A stretch of 64,000 nucleotides of DNA from a virus. The position numbers were made by a program, and so were the translations under genes. Within the stretch, counting starts at the first letter, position 1, and the number at the start of each line of letters is the position of its first letter. Below, piece after piece: positions 36,424 through 45,304 of the stretch. The notes under the pieces are model-generated. The model saw only the letters and a list, made by a program, of their open reading frames with translations, had not been told where the DNA came from and did not search any database. The stretch is taken from the IMG/VR virus record IMGVR_UViG_3300029404_000062; one strand, written 5' to 3'.

Positions 36424-36450
36424 AGCTTTCACCAGCAGGGTTGATTAGAA
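36424..36450 (-). terminator. Terminator hairpin immediately downstream of the DUF234 ATPase gene.
   Basis: CCCTGCCAGCTTTCACCAGCAGGG stem-loop, followed on the minus strand by a T-rich run. Confidence 0.5.
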
Positions 36451-36453
36451 TTT

Positions 36454-37851
36454 TTACTTGTAAAGGTCTTCCAGCGTTATCAGCCGAACTTCACCTCGCT
36501 CTTGTGCCTGAAGAAGTCCATCTGTGAATCCGCCTTTCGAGAAGATATAGTAGTGATAGTTGTTGCCCTTTCCAAAAACTGAAGCATAATCCCGAATCAA
36601 ATCGAGTTCATCCACACCGATTTTCTCATTCCGGTATTTGCATGAACCGATGATATAGTCTTTGCCCTCAACAGGAGTTCCGACGATATCAATCTGTATC
36701 TGCTTTTTCTTCTTCGGGTCTGTCCCCCACCACTGGCCGATTTCACTCAGCTCAATAGGAAGGCTATCCGAATAATAGAGCAGGTAATCCTGACACATCT
36801 TCTCATAAATTAGACCCATGTAATCAGGAAGATACTGCTTTACAGCGTGTGGATAGGTCTTTGCAATTCTGCCAGAGTCAATGGCACTCATATTGATTGG
36901 CACAAACCGATACCAGAAACGGAAGAAGTTATCAGCCAGCAGATAGATGGTTTTCTTACCCGGTTTTTCTGTAATCGGTGTTTCTTTCTTCGCAATGCCA
37001 AGGTCGATCAGCGTTTTCAGGTACTTCGATACGACCGAGTTTTCCTCGCCGACCTTCATCTTGATATCGTTCATTCGGGAAGCACCTTCTGCAATCGCTT
37101 TAATGATTGCATTATAAATGGCCGGCTCCCGGAGTTCCTGCTTCAGTAAGTTCCCCGGTTCCTCATACAGATAGCTGGAGCGGTCAAAGAAATTATCCAA
37201 CAGAGCTTCATCCACACTATCTCGCACATCCAACTTATTGATATAGTGGGGAACTCCTCCCGTGATTCCATAAATCAGGGAATTGTCTTCTGCAGACAGA
37301 TTTGGGTGGAACACAGCGGTTTCTTTATAGTCTAGCGGCTCAATCTTAAACTGTCCAGTACGTCTGCCATACAACGGACTTTCCTTTCCAAGCACCTGAC
37401 TCTCCATGAAGCTCATAGAGGAGCCGCAAAGAATCAGGTACATCTTGGACTCTGTCCATTTGTGGTCGATGATGTGCTGCAGCATCGCTGAAATAGCTGG
37501 TTTTGCTTTTGCAAGATAAGGATACTCATCAATGACAAAGACAATCCTCTTTTCCTTTGAAAGTGCTGTCAGCTCATCCAAAGCTGCATCATAGGACCTG
37601 AACTCCGGTGCAGACTCCATATCCGGCCGCTCAAAACTCATAATCGACTTTGAGAGAGCTTCCAGATTTTCCTTTCCTGTCGTGTTCAATGCAGAAAAGA
37701 AAATGGTAGGCTTATCTTTGCAGAACTCGTTGATCAGTGCCGTTTTACCAACACGCCGTCTGCCGTAGATGACAATGCACTCAAACTTATCACCTGCATA
37801 CCGTTTATTCAGTTTCCGCAGCTCATCCTCACGGCAATAGAATTGACTCAT
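36454..37851 (-). CDS. AAA+ ATPase of the COG1672 type (Arch_ATPase domain + C-terminal DUF234, predicted nuclease-like). Low-GC moron inserted between the tail chaperones and the TMP.
   Basis: Walker A GRRRVGKTAL, Walker B VFVIDEYPYL. ~44% GC against ~57% in flanking phage genes. Own promoter and terminator. Confidence 0.7.
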   Translation of the reverse strand: MSQFYCREDELRKLNKRYAGDKFECIVIYGRRRVGKTALINEFCKDKPTIFFSALNTTGKENLEALSKSIMSFERPDMESAPEFRSYDAALDELTALSKEKRIVFVIDEYPYLAKAKPAISAMLQHIIDHKWTESKMYLILCGSSMSFMESQVLGKESPLYGRRTGQFKIEPLDYKETAVFHPNLSAEDNSLIYGITGGVPHYINKLDVRDSVDEALLDNFFDRSSYLYEEPGNLLKQELREPAIYNAIIKAIAEGASRMNDIKMKVGEENSVVSKYLKTLIDLGIAKKETPITEKPGKKTIYLLADNFFRFWYRFVPINMSAIDSGRIAKTYPHAVKQYLPDYMGLIYEKMCQDYLLYYSDSLPIELSEIGQWWGTDPKKKKQIQIDIVGTPVEGKDYIIGSCKYRNEKIGVDELDLIRDYASVFGKGNNYHYYIFSKGGFTDGLLQAQERGEVRLITLEDLYK

Positions 37852-37911
37852 CTGCTCACCTCCAATAATTACACTCGTGAGTTAGTAACTCGTAAGTTAC
37901 TTCTTTACGAG

Positions 37912-37943
37912 TATAATAAATCAGATAGTCTGCAAAGTCAAGT
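37912..37943 (-). promoter_or_regulatory. Near-consensus sigma-A promoter driving the DUF234 ATPase moron.
   Basis: Minus-strand TTGACT, 17-nt spacer, TATTAT, followed by a 5'-UTR hairpin CTCGTAA...TTACGAG and RBS GGAGGTG. Confidence 0.5.
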
Positions 37944-37959
37944 AAAATAAGTCGAACCT

Positions 37960-38187
37960 TTAGAATCGATCGAAGTCCGACTGACTTGCCAGCTCTTTGT
38001 ACGGATAGTCGTCGTTCTGCCGCTCTGTGAACATATCATTGACCAACCCGATGGTCAGCAGGTCGAGGTCGGCAATGCTGATACCGAGCTGTACACAGCG
38101 CAGCAGAAAGAGCGGGGTGGTCATTTCCCGCTCACTTTTTCGAGGTTTTTTCTGGATTCCACCTCCGTCTGCACATTCAGGCCCCAC
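37960..38187 (-). CDS. Tail assembly chaperone T segment. Expressed as a G-T fusion by -1 programmed frameshift.
   Basis: ORF in the -1 frame overlaps the 3' end of the G gene. Frame arithmetic and reading after the slippery site give KKPRKSEREMTTPLF, matching this ORF. Confidence 0.65.
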   Translation of the reverse strand: MGPECADGGGIQKKPRKSEREMTTPLFLLRCVQLGISIADLDLLTIGLVNDMFTERQNDDYPYKELASQSDFDRF

Positions 38188-38501
38188 AGTTCGATCAGCT
38201 GGGGCAGGATCTGGTAGATGGAGAAGGTGTTGAACTGGTCCAGGAACTCCTCCGGGCTGTCCGGCACATTCGCAGGGTCAGCATGACGGGCCATCAACCA
38301 TGCCAGGTCCTCGAACATCTCCAGACTGAAAAGGTCGAGGTTGGAATTGTCCTCATCGTTCTCCCCTACGCTCTTTTCCAGCTGGCGCAAGTCTTTGTAA
38401 ATGTCACGGCCGAACTTGATACGGTACAGGCGGGGTACAGCGGCACTTGCCTTAAAGGTGACTTCCTTGCCATCGATCTCGATTTTCTTTGTAACTGCCA
38501 T
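38121..38501 (-). CDS. Tail assembly chaperone G.
   Basis: Start MAVTKKIEIDGKEV with RBS GGAGG. Sits in the conserved position between the major tail protein and TMP. Acidic C-terminus. Confidence 0.7.
   Translation of the reverse strand: MAVTKKIEIDGKEVTFKASAAVPRLYRIKFGRDIYKDLRQLEKSVGENDEDNSNLDLFSLEMFEDLAWLMARHADPANVPDSPEEFLDQFNTFSIYQILPQLIELWGLNVQTEVESRKNLEKVSGK
38145..38151 (-). promoter_or_regulatory. -1 programmed ribosomal frameshift slippery heptamer A_AAA_AAC (mRNA sense) in the G/GT overlap. A second G_AAA_AAG lies 9 nt downstream.
   Basis: Zero-frame codons AGA AAA AAC CTC GAA AAA GTG. Shift to -1 yields the T ORF. Confidence 0.6.
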
Positions 38502-38567
38502 AATCGTAATCCTCCAAAATTTCATGTAAAATTGGCAGAGCCGAAGCCCTGCCATATATCGTGTTTC

Positions 38568-39395
38568 TTACTCTGCCGGGTCAATGCTCACCAGTGCATT
38601 ACTGCCACTCACAGTCGGCAGCTTTCCATCCCACTTCTGGATCTTCTGGTAATCGATCAGCGTATCGGACAGGCTTTCTGCCAGTTTGCGGTTTGCCTCT
38701 GCCTGTGCATCTGCGGCAATGGAAGTCTTCTGGGCTTCTGCCTCTGCATTGGTGATCGCCACCTGCTTATCGGCTTCTGCCTTGGCAATGGCGGCTTCGT
38801 TCTCGATCTTCTGCTTATCTGCGTTCTGCTGTGCAATGGACTTCTGCTGGATGGCGGCATTGTAGGCTTCCTCGAAATTCATGTCGTTGACGACGACCTT
38901 GTTTACGAACACAACATCCTCACCATATTTCTGCACAAGGGACTCTGCCAGCTTCTGCTGTGCCAGAGGCTCGATCTTGGTACGGTTGGTTACCTCATTG
39001 GGACCAAGTTCTGCCATCGCAGACTTGATTGCCGATGCCACTAACTCATCACCGACCAGATTCTTGATGTCGGACACATTCGCATACAGCCATGCGCTCT
39101 TTTCAGGAAGCACCTGATAGGTCACGATGACATCAGCGGCATACACAGGAGTCTTGTCGGAGGCTTCGCCCCAGACCTGCGCCTCGATATGCTTATCCTG
39201 CTGCTTGTTGTTGACCTTATGGATGCTCTGCACAAAAGGAATGCAGAAATTGAGCTTGCCACTCTGGATGGTGGTCTCCTGGATCTGACCAAAGCTGGTC
39301 TTCACGCCGGTGTAGCCGGTGGGAATGATGTGGAACGAACAGATAGCCAGCACCAGAACGATGATCACTGCGAACAAAGGAAAAATCTTCTTCAT
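38568..39395 (-). CDS. SPFH/band-7 (prohibitin/HflC-like) membrane protein. Moron between the major tail protein and chaperone genes.
   Basis: N-terminal TM helix IFPLFAVIIVLVLAICSF, SPFH core, C-terminal Ala/Glu/Lys-rich coiled-coil (AEAEAQKTSIAADAQAEANRKLAE). Confidence 0.7.
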   Translation of the reverse strand: MKKIFPLFAVIIVLVLAICSFHIIPTGYTGVKTSFGQIQETTIQSGKLNFCIPFVQSIHKVNNKQQDKHIEAQVWGEASDKTPVYAADVIVTYQVLPEKSAWLYANVSDIKNLVGDELVASAIKSAMAELGPNEVTNRTKIEPLAQQKLAESLVQKYGEDVVFVNKVVVNDMNFEEAYNAAIQQKSIAQQNADKQKIENEAAIAKAEADKQVAITNAEAEAQKTSIAADAQAEANRKLAESLSDTLIDYQKIQKWDGKLPTVSGSNALVSIDPAE

Positions 39396-39457
39396 AATCG
39401 TATACCTCTTTATAATAATGTAAGCAGAGCCAAAGCCCTGCGGTGTGTGCCGGTCAC

Positions 39458-40072
39458 TTAGCCCTGCGGCTCCTCGGTGTGACTGGTGTCTTCAGTGTCC
39501 ACAGCTTCTGCCTGCGGCTCATAGACCGCATCGTACCACTTGTTATAGACATCATCGGTGGTGTTGGTGCCGGTCTTTGCCTTAACATAACCGTTTGCCA
39601 GAGGGGTTGCCTGCAGGTTCAGGGTGTCCGTCTTGACTTCCTTGCTGTCCTCATTGGTCTCACCCTCGATGGACGGACGGCTTGCCACACAGTTGTACAG
39701 CACATGACGGATGTGGCGCTGGTCGCCATCGAACTCAAACAGGAATGCGAAATGCTCCAGTTCCACGTTGGCGTTCTCAGCAAGCACGCCATTGCCATCC
39801 AACTCCTCGTGCATGATGTCCGTGAGGAAGCTCTCCGGGATCAGCGCGATCTCCAGATCCCCCTCATAGCCGGAGTTGTTATTCACGACATAGTAGGCGA
39901 TATTGTCCGCATAGAACGGCTCGATCTCGCCATTGGCATCCATAGAAAGACTGACGGCACCGGGAATACGGACCGGCTTTGCATAGGTGACACTGCCATC
40001 TTCGTCAAAGGTCGCCTTGGCATAATGGCAGTTTTTCAGGCCAAATTTGACCTTATTGCTTTTCTTCGACAT
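39458..40072 (-). CDS. Major tail protein.
   Basis: Position upstream of the chaperones. N-terminus MSKKSNKVKFGLKNCHYAKATFDEDGSVTYAKPVRIPGAVSL is typical of siphovirus major tail proteins. 204 aa. Confidence 0.7.
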   Translation of the reverse strand: MSKKSNKVKFGLKNCHYAKATFDEDGSVTYAKPVRIPGAVSLSMDANGEIEPFYADNIAYYVVNNNSGYEGDLEIALIPESFLTDIMHEELDGNGVLAENANVELEHFAFLFEFDGDQRHIRHVLYNCVASRPSIEGETNEDSKEVKTDTLNLQATPLANGYVKAKTGTNTTDDVYNKWYDAVYEPQAEAVDTEDTSHTEEPQG

Positions 40073-40106
40073 AGTGTTCCTCCCATAAAAATATCCTGCA
40101 TGAGCA

Positions 40107-40424
40107 TCACACAGTCAGCTCATACAGGACTTCATACATCTTTTCGGTTTCGATCCAGACCTCGCTTTTCTCATAGTAGAGTTCGTGTGCGGTCAGGACT
40201 TCTTCAATGCTTGCTTCCATATCCGAGTCTTTGTAATCGGTGTACACCTCAATGTCCAGCCGGTTAAAGTGGTGGTACACAAGGTTATCTGCACCGAAAT
40301 TCTCGGCTTTCGGATACAGGAAACAGATAAACGGTGGATCAGGGCTCTCCCCTTCTGCGAAATGGTCATACGCATAGGGAAGCCCCATCTCCTCCACCAG
40401 AGCTTTTACTTCTTCATGGGTCAT
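40107..40424 (-). CDS. Hypothetical phage protein, possibly tail terminator/completion (by position).
   Basis: Position only; 105-aa acidic protein. Confidence 0.3.
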   Translation of the reverse strand: MTHEEVKALVEEMGLPYAYDHFAEGESPDPPFICFLYPKAENFGADNLVYHHFNRLDIEVYTDYKDSDMEASIEEVLTAHELYYEKSEVWIETEKMYEVLYELTV

Positions 40425-40434
40425 TGGTTCCTCC

Positions 40435-40812
40435 TTACTTTAGTGCCTTTTCGATGAGAGACTGGAGCTGCTCGATACCGGCCTGCTCTGCCGGGGCAAT
40501 ATGGGGTCTTGCTGCCACCCGGCCGCCGCCGCGCTTGGCATGACCTTTTTCCAGCAGATGTGCCAGCTGGTAGCGGTTTTTGGAATGCACCACCATCTGA
40601 AGGCTCTGGCTGGACTCCGACTGCTTGGTCGCCGCCCAGCTTCCCTTGTACGCGCCCGTCCGGGACGGTGCATTGGCCGAGATCTGGTCTTTGACCGTTT
40701 TGGCAGACTTACGGACAGCACTTTTCACCTGCGCGGAAGCAAGCGTTGCATATTCTTTTAAGCCCTCGTTTATGGCATCTGCCATCTCATCAATGCTGAC
40801 GGTTCTGCTCAT
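40435..40812 (-). CDS. HK97 gp10-family head-tail joining/tail component protein.
   Basis: 125 aa; the ...YQLAHLLEKGH... block resembles the gp10 family; conserved gene order. Confidence 0.5.
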   Translation of the reverse strand: MSRTVSIDEMADAINEGLKEYATLASAQVKSAVRKSAKTVKDQISANAPSRTGAYKGSWAATKQSESSQSLQMVVHSKNRYQLAHLLEKGHAKRGGGRVAARPHIAPAEQAGIEQLQSLIEKALK

Positions 40813-41143
40813 CCGGCTGCCTCCTCTCCAGTCTGCAATGAATCTTCAGGATCTTCTTCTGATAGTTCATCGGGTCAACGGATTCGATATTGTAGAGCTG
40901 CTCCCGGAAGCGGATGCGGTAACCAGTGGAAGTTAATCCTCTGGTCTCGCTGCACCAGCGAACCGTAAACACCACGCTCTTCTGTTCGGCTGTGACCTCA
41001 CCTTCTTCTTCCTGTGCCTGATAGGTCGAAGCGTAGGCAAAGCAGGTGAAATATTCCTCCCATGTGTTCCGATGGTTTCCGACCTTATCGGTCACGACCG
41101 TGCTTTTCTCGATTGTGATCCGCTCATTCAGTTTCTCGATCAT
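40790..41143 (-). CDS. Head closure (head-tail adaptor) protein.
   Basis: 117 aa. Gene order connector, head-closure, gp10, major tail protein. Confidence 0.5.
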   Translation of the reverse strand: MIEKLNERITIEKSTVVTDKVGNHRNTWEEYFTCFAYASTYQAQEEEGEVTAEQKSVVFTVRWCSETRGLTSTGYRIRFREQLYNIESVDPMNYQKKILKIHCRLERRQPDEQNRQH

Positions 41144-41481
41144 CAGAACACCCCCTCCCTCACAGCAAACAGAATGGAACGAAGCGTCAGCATCAGCTGC
41201 TTATGGTCAGCTTCGTCCCGGTGCTCATAGAGATACCCCAGTGCATACAGAATCGCCACACGACAGGTGCTGCGCAGGGCTTCCAGTTCCCTTGTGGGCA
41301 GTACTCCGTTCTCGGCATCCCGGTCAGCGGCATTGACTGCCTCCCACTGGTCTTCCGAAAGACGGCCAACGTCCTTGCACATCTGCTCCGCAGAAGATAA
41401 AAGAATGCCGATCAGGGCATCCTCATCGCTGCTGTCCACGCGGAGATAGGTCTTCGCTTCGTAAAGCGGAATCAGTGCCAT
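41143..41481 (-). CDS. gp6-like head-tail connector protein.
   Basis: N-terminus LYEAKTYLRVDSSDEDALIGILLSSAEQ matches the gp6-like connector pattern. Confidence 0.55.
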   Translation of the reverse strand: MALIPLYEAKTYLRVDSSDEDALIGILLSSAEQMCKDVGRLSEDQWEAVNAADRDAENGVLPTRELEALRSTCRVAILYALGYLYEHRDEADHKQLMLTLRSILFAVREGVF

Positions 41482-41507
41482 AACCAGCTCCTCCTTTCCA
41501 GACTTTC

Positions 41508-42713
41508 TTAGCCCTGCGGTGCCATCTGCAGAAGCTGTACGGCTTCGGGCAGGATCAGCTTGCCATCCACACGCTGGGTGGTCAGGAAACCGACCTGATC
41601 AGTACGGGCATACAGCTCGTTCAGACGGCGGAAGGTGCGGTTCTGGCGGTCAGCCACCCAGTAGTAGCTGTAATCGCCAAAGGCCATGACCTTGCTGCCA
41701 CCCTTGATCTCCGGCATGAAGGCGGAAGTCTTCAGTGGACGGTTCAGCAGGGTATCCGGCTTGCCGATCTCCAGACCCGGCTTCCAGATATAGTTGCCGT
41801 TGTTGTCCTTGATGGTCATCAGCTGCAGCACCAGGGCTTCGTTGCAGAGGAACTGTGCCTTCTTGCGGTAAGGAGCCTTCAGTGCATAGTAGAGCTTGAA
41901 GATCTCATCAAAGGACACAGCATCCTTCTGGGCGGCGGTCACACCGACCTTGGCACCGCCGGTCTCAGCCAGCAGACCCAGAGGCTTGCCCACACCGTCA
42001 CCAGTGATAAAGGCACGCTCCTCTGCGTTGCCCATACGCACACCGAAACGGCGGGCAATATAGGTGGCGAGGTCAAAAGCGGAGTCATTCAGCAGCTCGT
42101 TGGAGATCTTGATCATAGTGCCCAGCTTGTACGCAGACAGCATGGTCTGACCGAAAGTGGTATCGCTCTCCGGGATCTCCTCACCCTCATCGATCCAGCT
42201 TGCCTCGCCGGTATCCTCAGCGATAGGGATCTTGCGGGTGCCGGAGCTGGTGCGGATGACAGTCGCCAGGCCACGGAAGATGTTGTTCTCTTCCAGTGCC
42301 TCCACCAGCTTCTTCTCGAACTCATCCGGGACAGTGAAGCCGCCCTCGGTATCCTCGCCCACAGACAGTGCATTGCGGACCTCGCCGTAATGGCCACGGT
42401 TGCGGATCATGTTCCAGAAGTTCTCGGCATACTCGGCAGTGGCGGTCGGCTTGACATCCTTCTTGCTGCCGTTCTTCGGGTCAGCATGGACAGGATTGGA
42501 AGTCGGTGCGGACAGCTGTGCCTCGATCTGTGCCTGCTGCTCCAGACGCTCGATCTCTGCACCCAGGTCCTTGACCTCCTGTGCCATCTTGTTGTACTGC
42601 TCCACGGCCTCAGCCTTTACCAGACCGTTCTCGCCGCGGTTCTTCTCCAGAAAGTCCTTGGTCTGCTCCCAGAGAGTGTTGCGCTTGGTGCGCAGTTCCA
42701 GAATCTTACTCAT
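41508..42713 (-). CDS. Major capsid protein, HK97 fold.
   Basis: 401 aa; follows the prohead protease; blocks ...KLGTMIKISNELLNDS..., ...FITGDGVGKPLGLL... typical of HK97-type MCP. Confidence 0.8.
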   Translation of the reverse strand: MSKILELRTKRNTLWEQTKDFLEKNRGENGLVKAEAVEQYNKMAQEVKDLGAEIERLEQQAQIEAQLSAPTSNPVHADPKNGSKKDVKPTATAEYAENFWNMIRNRGHYGEVRNALSVGEDTEGGFTVPDEFEKKLVEALEENNIFRGLATVIRTSSGTRKIPIAEDTGEASWIDEGEEIPESDTTFGQTMLSAYKLGTMIKISNELLNDSAFDLATYIARRFGVRMGNAEERAFITGDGVGKPLGLLAETGGAKVGVTAAQKDAVSFDEIFKLYYALKAPYRKKAQFLCNEALVLQLMTIKDNNGNYIWKPGLEIGKPDTLLNRPLKTSAFMPEIKGGSKVMAFGDYSYYWVADRQNRTFRRLNELYARTDQVGFLTTQRVDGKLILPEAVQLLQMAPQG

Positions 42714-42770
42714 AGTGTTTGTCCTCCATAGATTGATTTGTGGTGATATGAAAAACAGCCTGAATGCACA

Positions 42771-43670
42771 TCACTTCATGCACTCAAGCTGTTTCATCAG
42801 GATATTGTAGGGAATGCTGCCATCCTCGGTCTTTCCGTCCATGTCAAGGACAGGACCGGAATTGGCAGGTGGTTCAGCCGGAGGGGTAGGCTCTGCGGAC
42901 GGTTTCGGGTCAGCAGGTGGCTCCTTCGGCTCAGTGTGTTTCTGGCCCACATCTTCCGGCTTCACACCCAGACGGTTCAGGACGATTAGATCCATCTGAC
43001 GGCTGGAGAAAAGGTGCCCTGCCGTATCCTTCTGGAACGGCTTCTTTTCTTCGCCCTCGCCCGGTTCACTGTCAGGGTCTTCTTCCGGATTCTCCGGATC
43101 TGCCGGGTCACTGTCCGGCTCTTCCTCTTTCTTTGCAAAGAGGATCTCATCTGCAAAGCCCAGCTCCACCGCCTTCTTCGCATTCATCCAGGTCTCATTG
43201 CTCATGAGGTTGGCGATGCGGGCATGGCTGAGTCCGCTCTTTGCAGCATAGGCATTGATGATGCTCTCCTTGACTTCGTTCAGCACCTCGATGGCCTTCT
43301 CCATGTCCTTGGTGTTGCCCATCGCAACGGTGCTGGGGTCATGGATCATCAGCATGGCGACAGGACTCATCTGGACAGTATCACCGGCCATTGCGACAAC
43401 AGATGCCGCCGAAGCTGCAATCGCATCGATCTTGACCGTGATGCTGCCCTTGTAATCCTTAAGCATGGTATAAATCTCGGCGGCGGCGAACACATTTCCG
43501 CCCGGACTGTTGATCCAGACGGTCACATCCCCCTCGCCGGATTCCAGCTCATCCCGGAACATCTGCGGCGTGATCTCATCGCCCCAGAAAGATTCCTCAT
43601 CGATGGGTCCTTCCAGCCGGAGAATTCTGGTGTCATCACTGTTTTTGATCCAGTTCCAGAATTTCTTCAT
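42771..43670 (-). CDS. Prohead maturation protease (ClpP/S14-like) with acidic scaffold-like C-terminus.
   Basis: WINSPGGNVFAAAEIYTML...IDAIAASAASVVAMAGD...MLMIHDPS carries the ClpP-family catalytic-centre pattern. Confidence 0.8.
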   Translation of the reverse strand: MKKFWNWIKNSDDTRILRLEGPIDEESFWGDEITPQMFRDELESGEGDVTVWINSPGGNVFAAAEIYTMLKDYKGSITVKIDAIAASAASVVAMAGDTVQMSPVAMLMIHDPSTVAMGNTKDMEKAIEVLNEVKESIINAYAAKSGLSHARIANLMSNETWMNAKKAVELGFADEILFAKKEEEPDSDPADPENPEEDPDSEPGEGEEKKPFQKDTAGHLFSSRQMDLIVLNRLGVKPEDVGQKHTEPKEPPADPKPSAEPTPPAEPPANSGPVLDMDGKTEDGSIPYNILMKQLECMK

Positions 43671-45064
43671 CGGGTTCTCCTTCCTGTTTTTTGTGGCTTA
43701 CTCTCACTCAGCCGGTTATCGCTGTCAGGTTCGTCTTCCGGGTCGGGCTGTGTCTGTTTCGGCTGATTCTGCTGGACTGCGGCAGCTTTATTCTGCTGTG
43801 CCACTCCTGCATCTTTCAGCTTCACATAGCCGCCGTTCAGATAATAATCGTCACCGCCCTCCTCTGCCGGGATGAGATCCATGTTCTCCAGACGATGCAC
43901 ATCATTCGGAGAGAGGAAGCCGTTACTGATGCCGGTCGCATAACCGTTCATCCGGCTCTGGTAGTCACCACGGAGCAGACCGTCCACATTGAATTTCGGG
44001 AAGTAGGTGTCCTGCTCCTCTTCCAGCAGCAGATCCTTGATGATGCCCTGCTCGATGCGGACAAGCCACGGGGTCAGGGAGTGCATCACGAAGTTCAGCG
44101 ACTGGTATTCAATGTTGGAGAAGGTCGCCCTGGACAGATCGGCTACCAGATGCGGAGGCACACGGAAGATGCGGCAGATCTCCGTCACGGAAAACTGCTT
44201 CGTTTCCAAAAACTGGCTGTCCTCCGGTGGCAGGGAGATTGGTTTGTAGGCCATGCCCTCTTCCAGCACAGCCACACGATGGGCATTGGCTGCACCGCCA
44301 TAAGCCGCCTCCCAGCTATCCCGGATACGGTTCGGGTCTTTTACAACGCCGGGATGCTCCAGCACACCGCTGGGCTGTGCGCCGTTCTTGAAGAAGGAGG
44401 AACCGTATTTATCTACCGCAATGGAAGTGCCGAGGCTGTTCTTCATCATAGCGATTGGCGAGAAACCGATCAGGCCATTAAACCCAAGCCCCGGCACATG
44501 AAAGATCTCGTCCCGGCGGAAGTAGAGGTCCTTGTTCTGTTCTCCCGGAACTTCATCCGTGTATGCGTGGTAGATATAGTAGAGCTCGCCACTCTCATCT
44601 CGGTCCACTTCGACATTTTCCGGCATCAGCGGATACAGACCCAGCACCGTATTCTTGCCATCTCGGACGATCTGCGCGTAAGCGTTGCCCCAGAGAAGCA
44701 GGTGGGTCATCAGCGTTTCCCAGAAGACAAAGGATGTCATCTCCGGGTTGGGCTGGCGATACAGGATCTTGTACAGCGGATGATCCCGTGCCTTTTCCTT
44801 GTTGCCGTTGTCGTCTGTCACCCGGTAGAGATGCAGCGGCAGTGCCGCAATGGACTCTGCCAGCAGACGAACACAGGCATACACGGTCGGGATCTGCATG
44901 GCGGCTTTCTCATCCACCTGCTCCCCGGCATTGGAACGGCCAAACACAAAGGTCTGCCCGGAATCGCGGACATTATCCGTGACCTGCGGCAGACCTTCTT
45001 TTGGCTGTTCTGTTTTGGGAGAATCCCTTGGGTTCTCAAACCCCATCCATTCCCAGAATCCCAT
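43667..45064 (-). CDS. Portal protein (HK97-family).
   Basis: 465 aa between terminase and protease; start overlaps the protease stop by 4 nt. Confidence 0.75.
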   Translation of the reverse strand: MGFWEWMGFENPRDSPKTEQPKEGLPQVTDNVRDSGQTFVFGRSNAGEQVDEKAAMQIPTVYACVRLLAESIAALPLHLYRVTDDNGNKEKARDHPLYKILYRQPNPEMTSFVFWETLMTHLLLWGNAYAQIVRDGKNTVLGLYPLMPENVEVDRDESGELYYIYHAYTDEVPGEQNKDLYFRRDEIFHVPGLGFNGLIGFSPIAMMKNSLGTSIAVDKYGSSFFKNGAQPSGVLEHPGVVKDPNRIRDSWEAAYGGAANAHRVAVLEEGMAYKPISLPPEDSQFLETKQFSVTEICRIFRVPPHLVADLSRATFSNIEYQSLNFVMHSLTPWLVRIEQGIIKDLLLEEEQDTYFPKFNVDGLLRGDYQSRMNGYATGISNGFLSPNDVHRLENMDLIPAEEGGDDYYLNGGYVKLKDAGVAQQNKAAAVQQNQPKQTQPDPEDEPDSDNRLSESKPQKTGRRTR

Positions 45065-45303
45065 TAAGCCTTATCCTCCTTCTCCAGTTCCGGCAGACCG
45101 GCAAGGCTGGTACCGAGGGACGCAACACCTGCCACGATCACTGCACTGCCGACTGCCATCCAGTCCACCGTGCCGCCGGGCATCTGTGTCACGACCAGGG
45201 CCGCGCCGGTCTGGAACATCGTCTTTGCAGCACGGATGCCGGCTGCCTTCCACCATTCTGCACTCATCAGATACTTCATTGTGTTTTCCTCCATCTTTTT
45301 CAT
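45064..45303 (-). CDS. Small membrane protein (79 aa), hypothetical.
   Basis: Two hydrophobic segments; translationally coupled between TerL and portal. Confidence 0.35.
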   Translation of the reverse strand: MKKMEENTMKYLMSAEWWKAAGIRAAKTMFQTGAALVVTQMPGGTVDWMAVGSAVIVAGVASLGTSLAGLPELEKEDKA

Positions 45304-45304
45304 A

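Noticed and set aside
43691-45067. 458-aa plus-strand ORF across the portal gene, and 43014-43766 across the protease
   Set aside because: Antisense to well-supported portal and ClpP-like protease genes.
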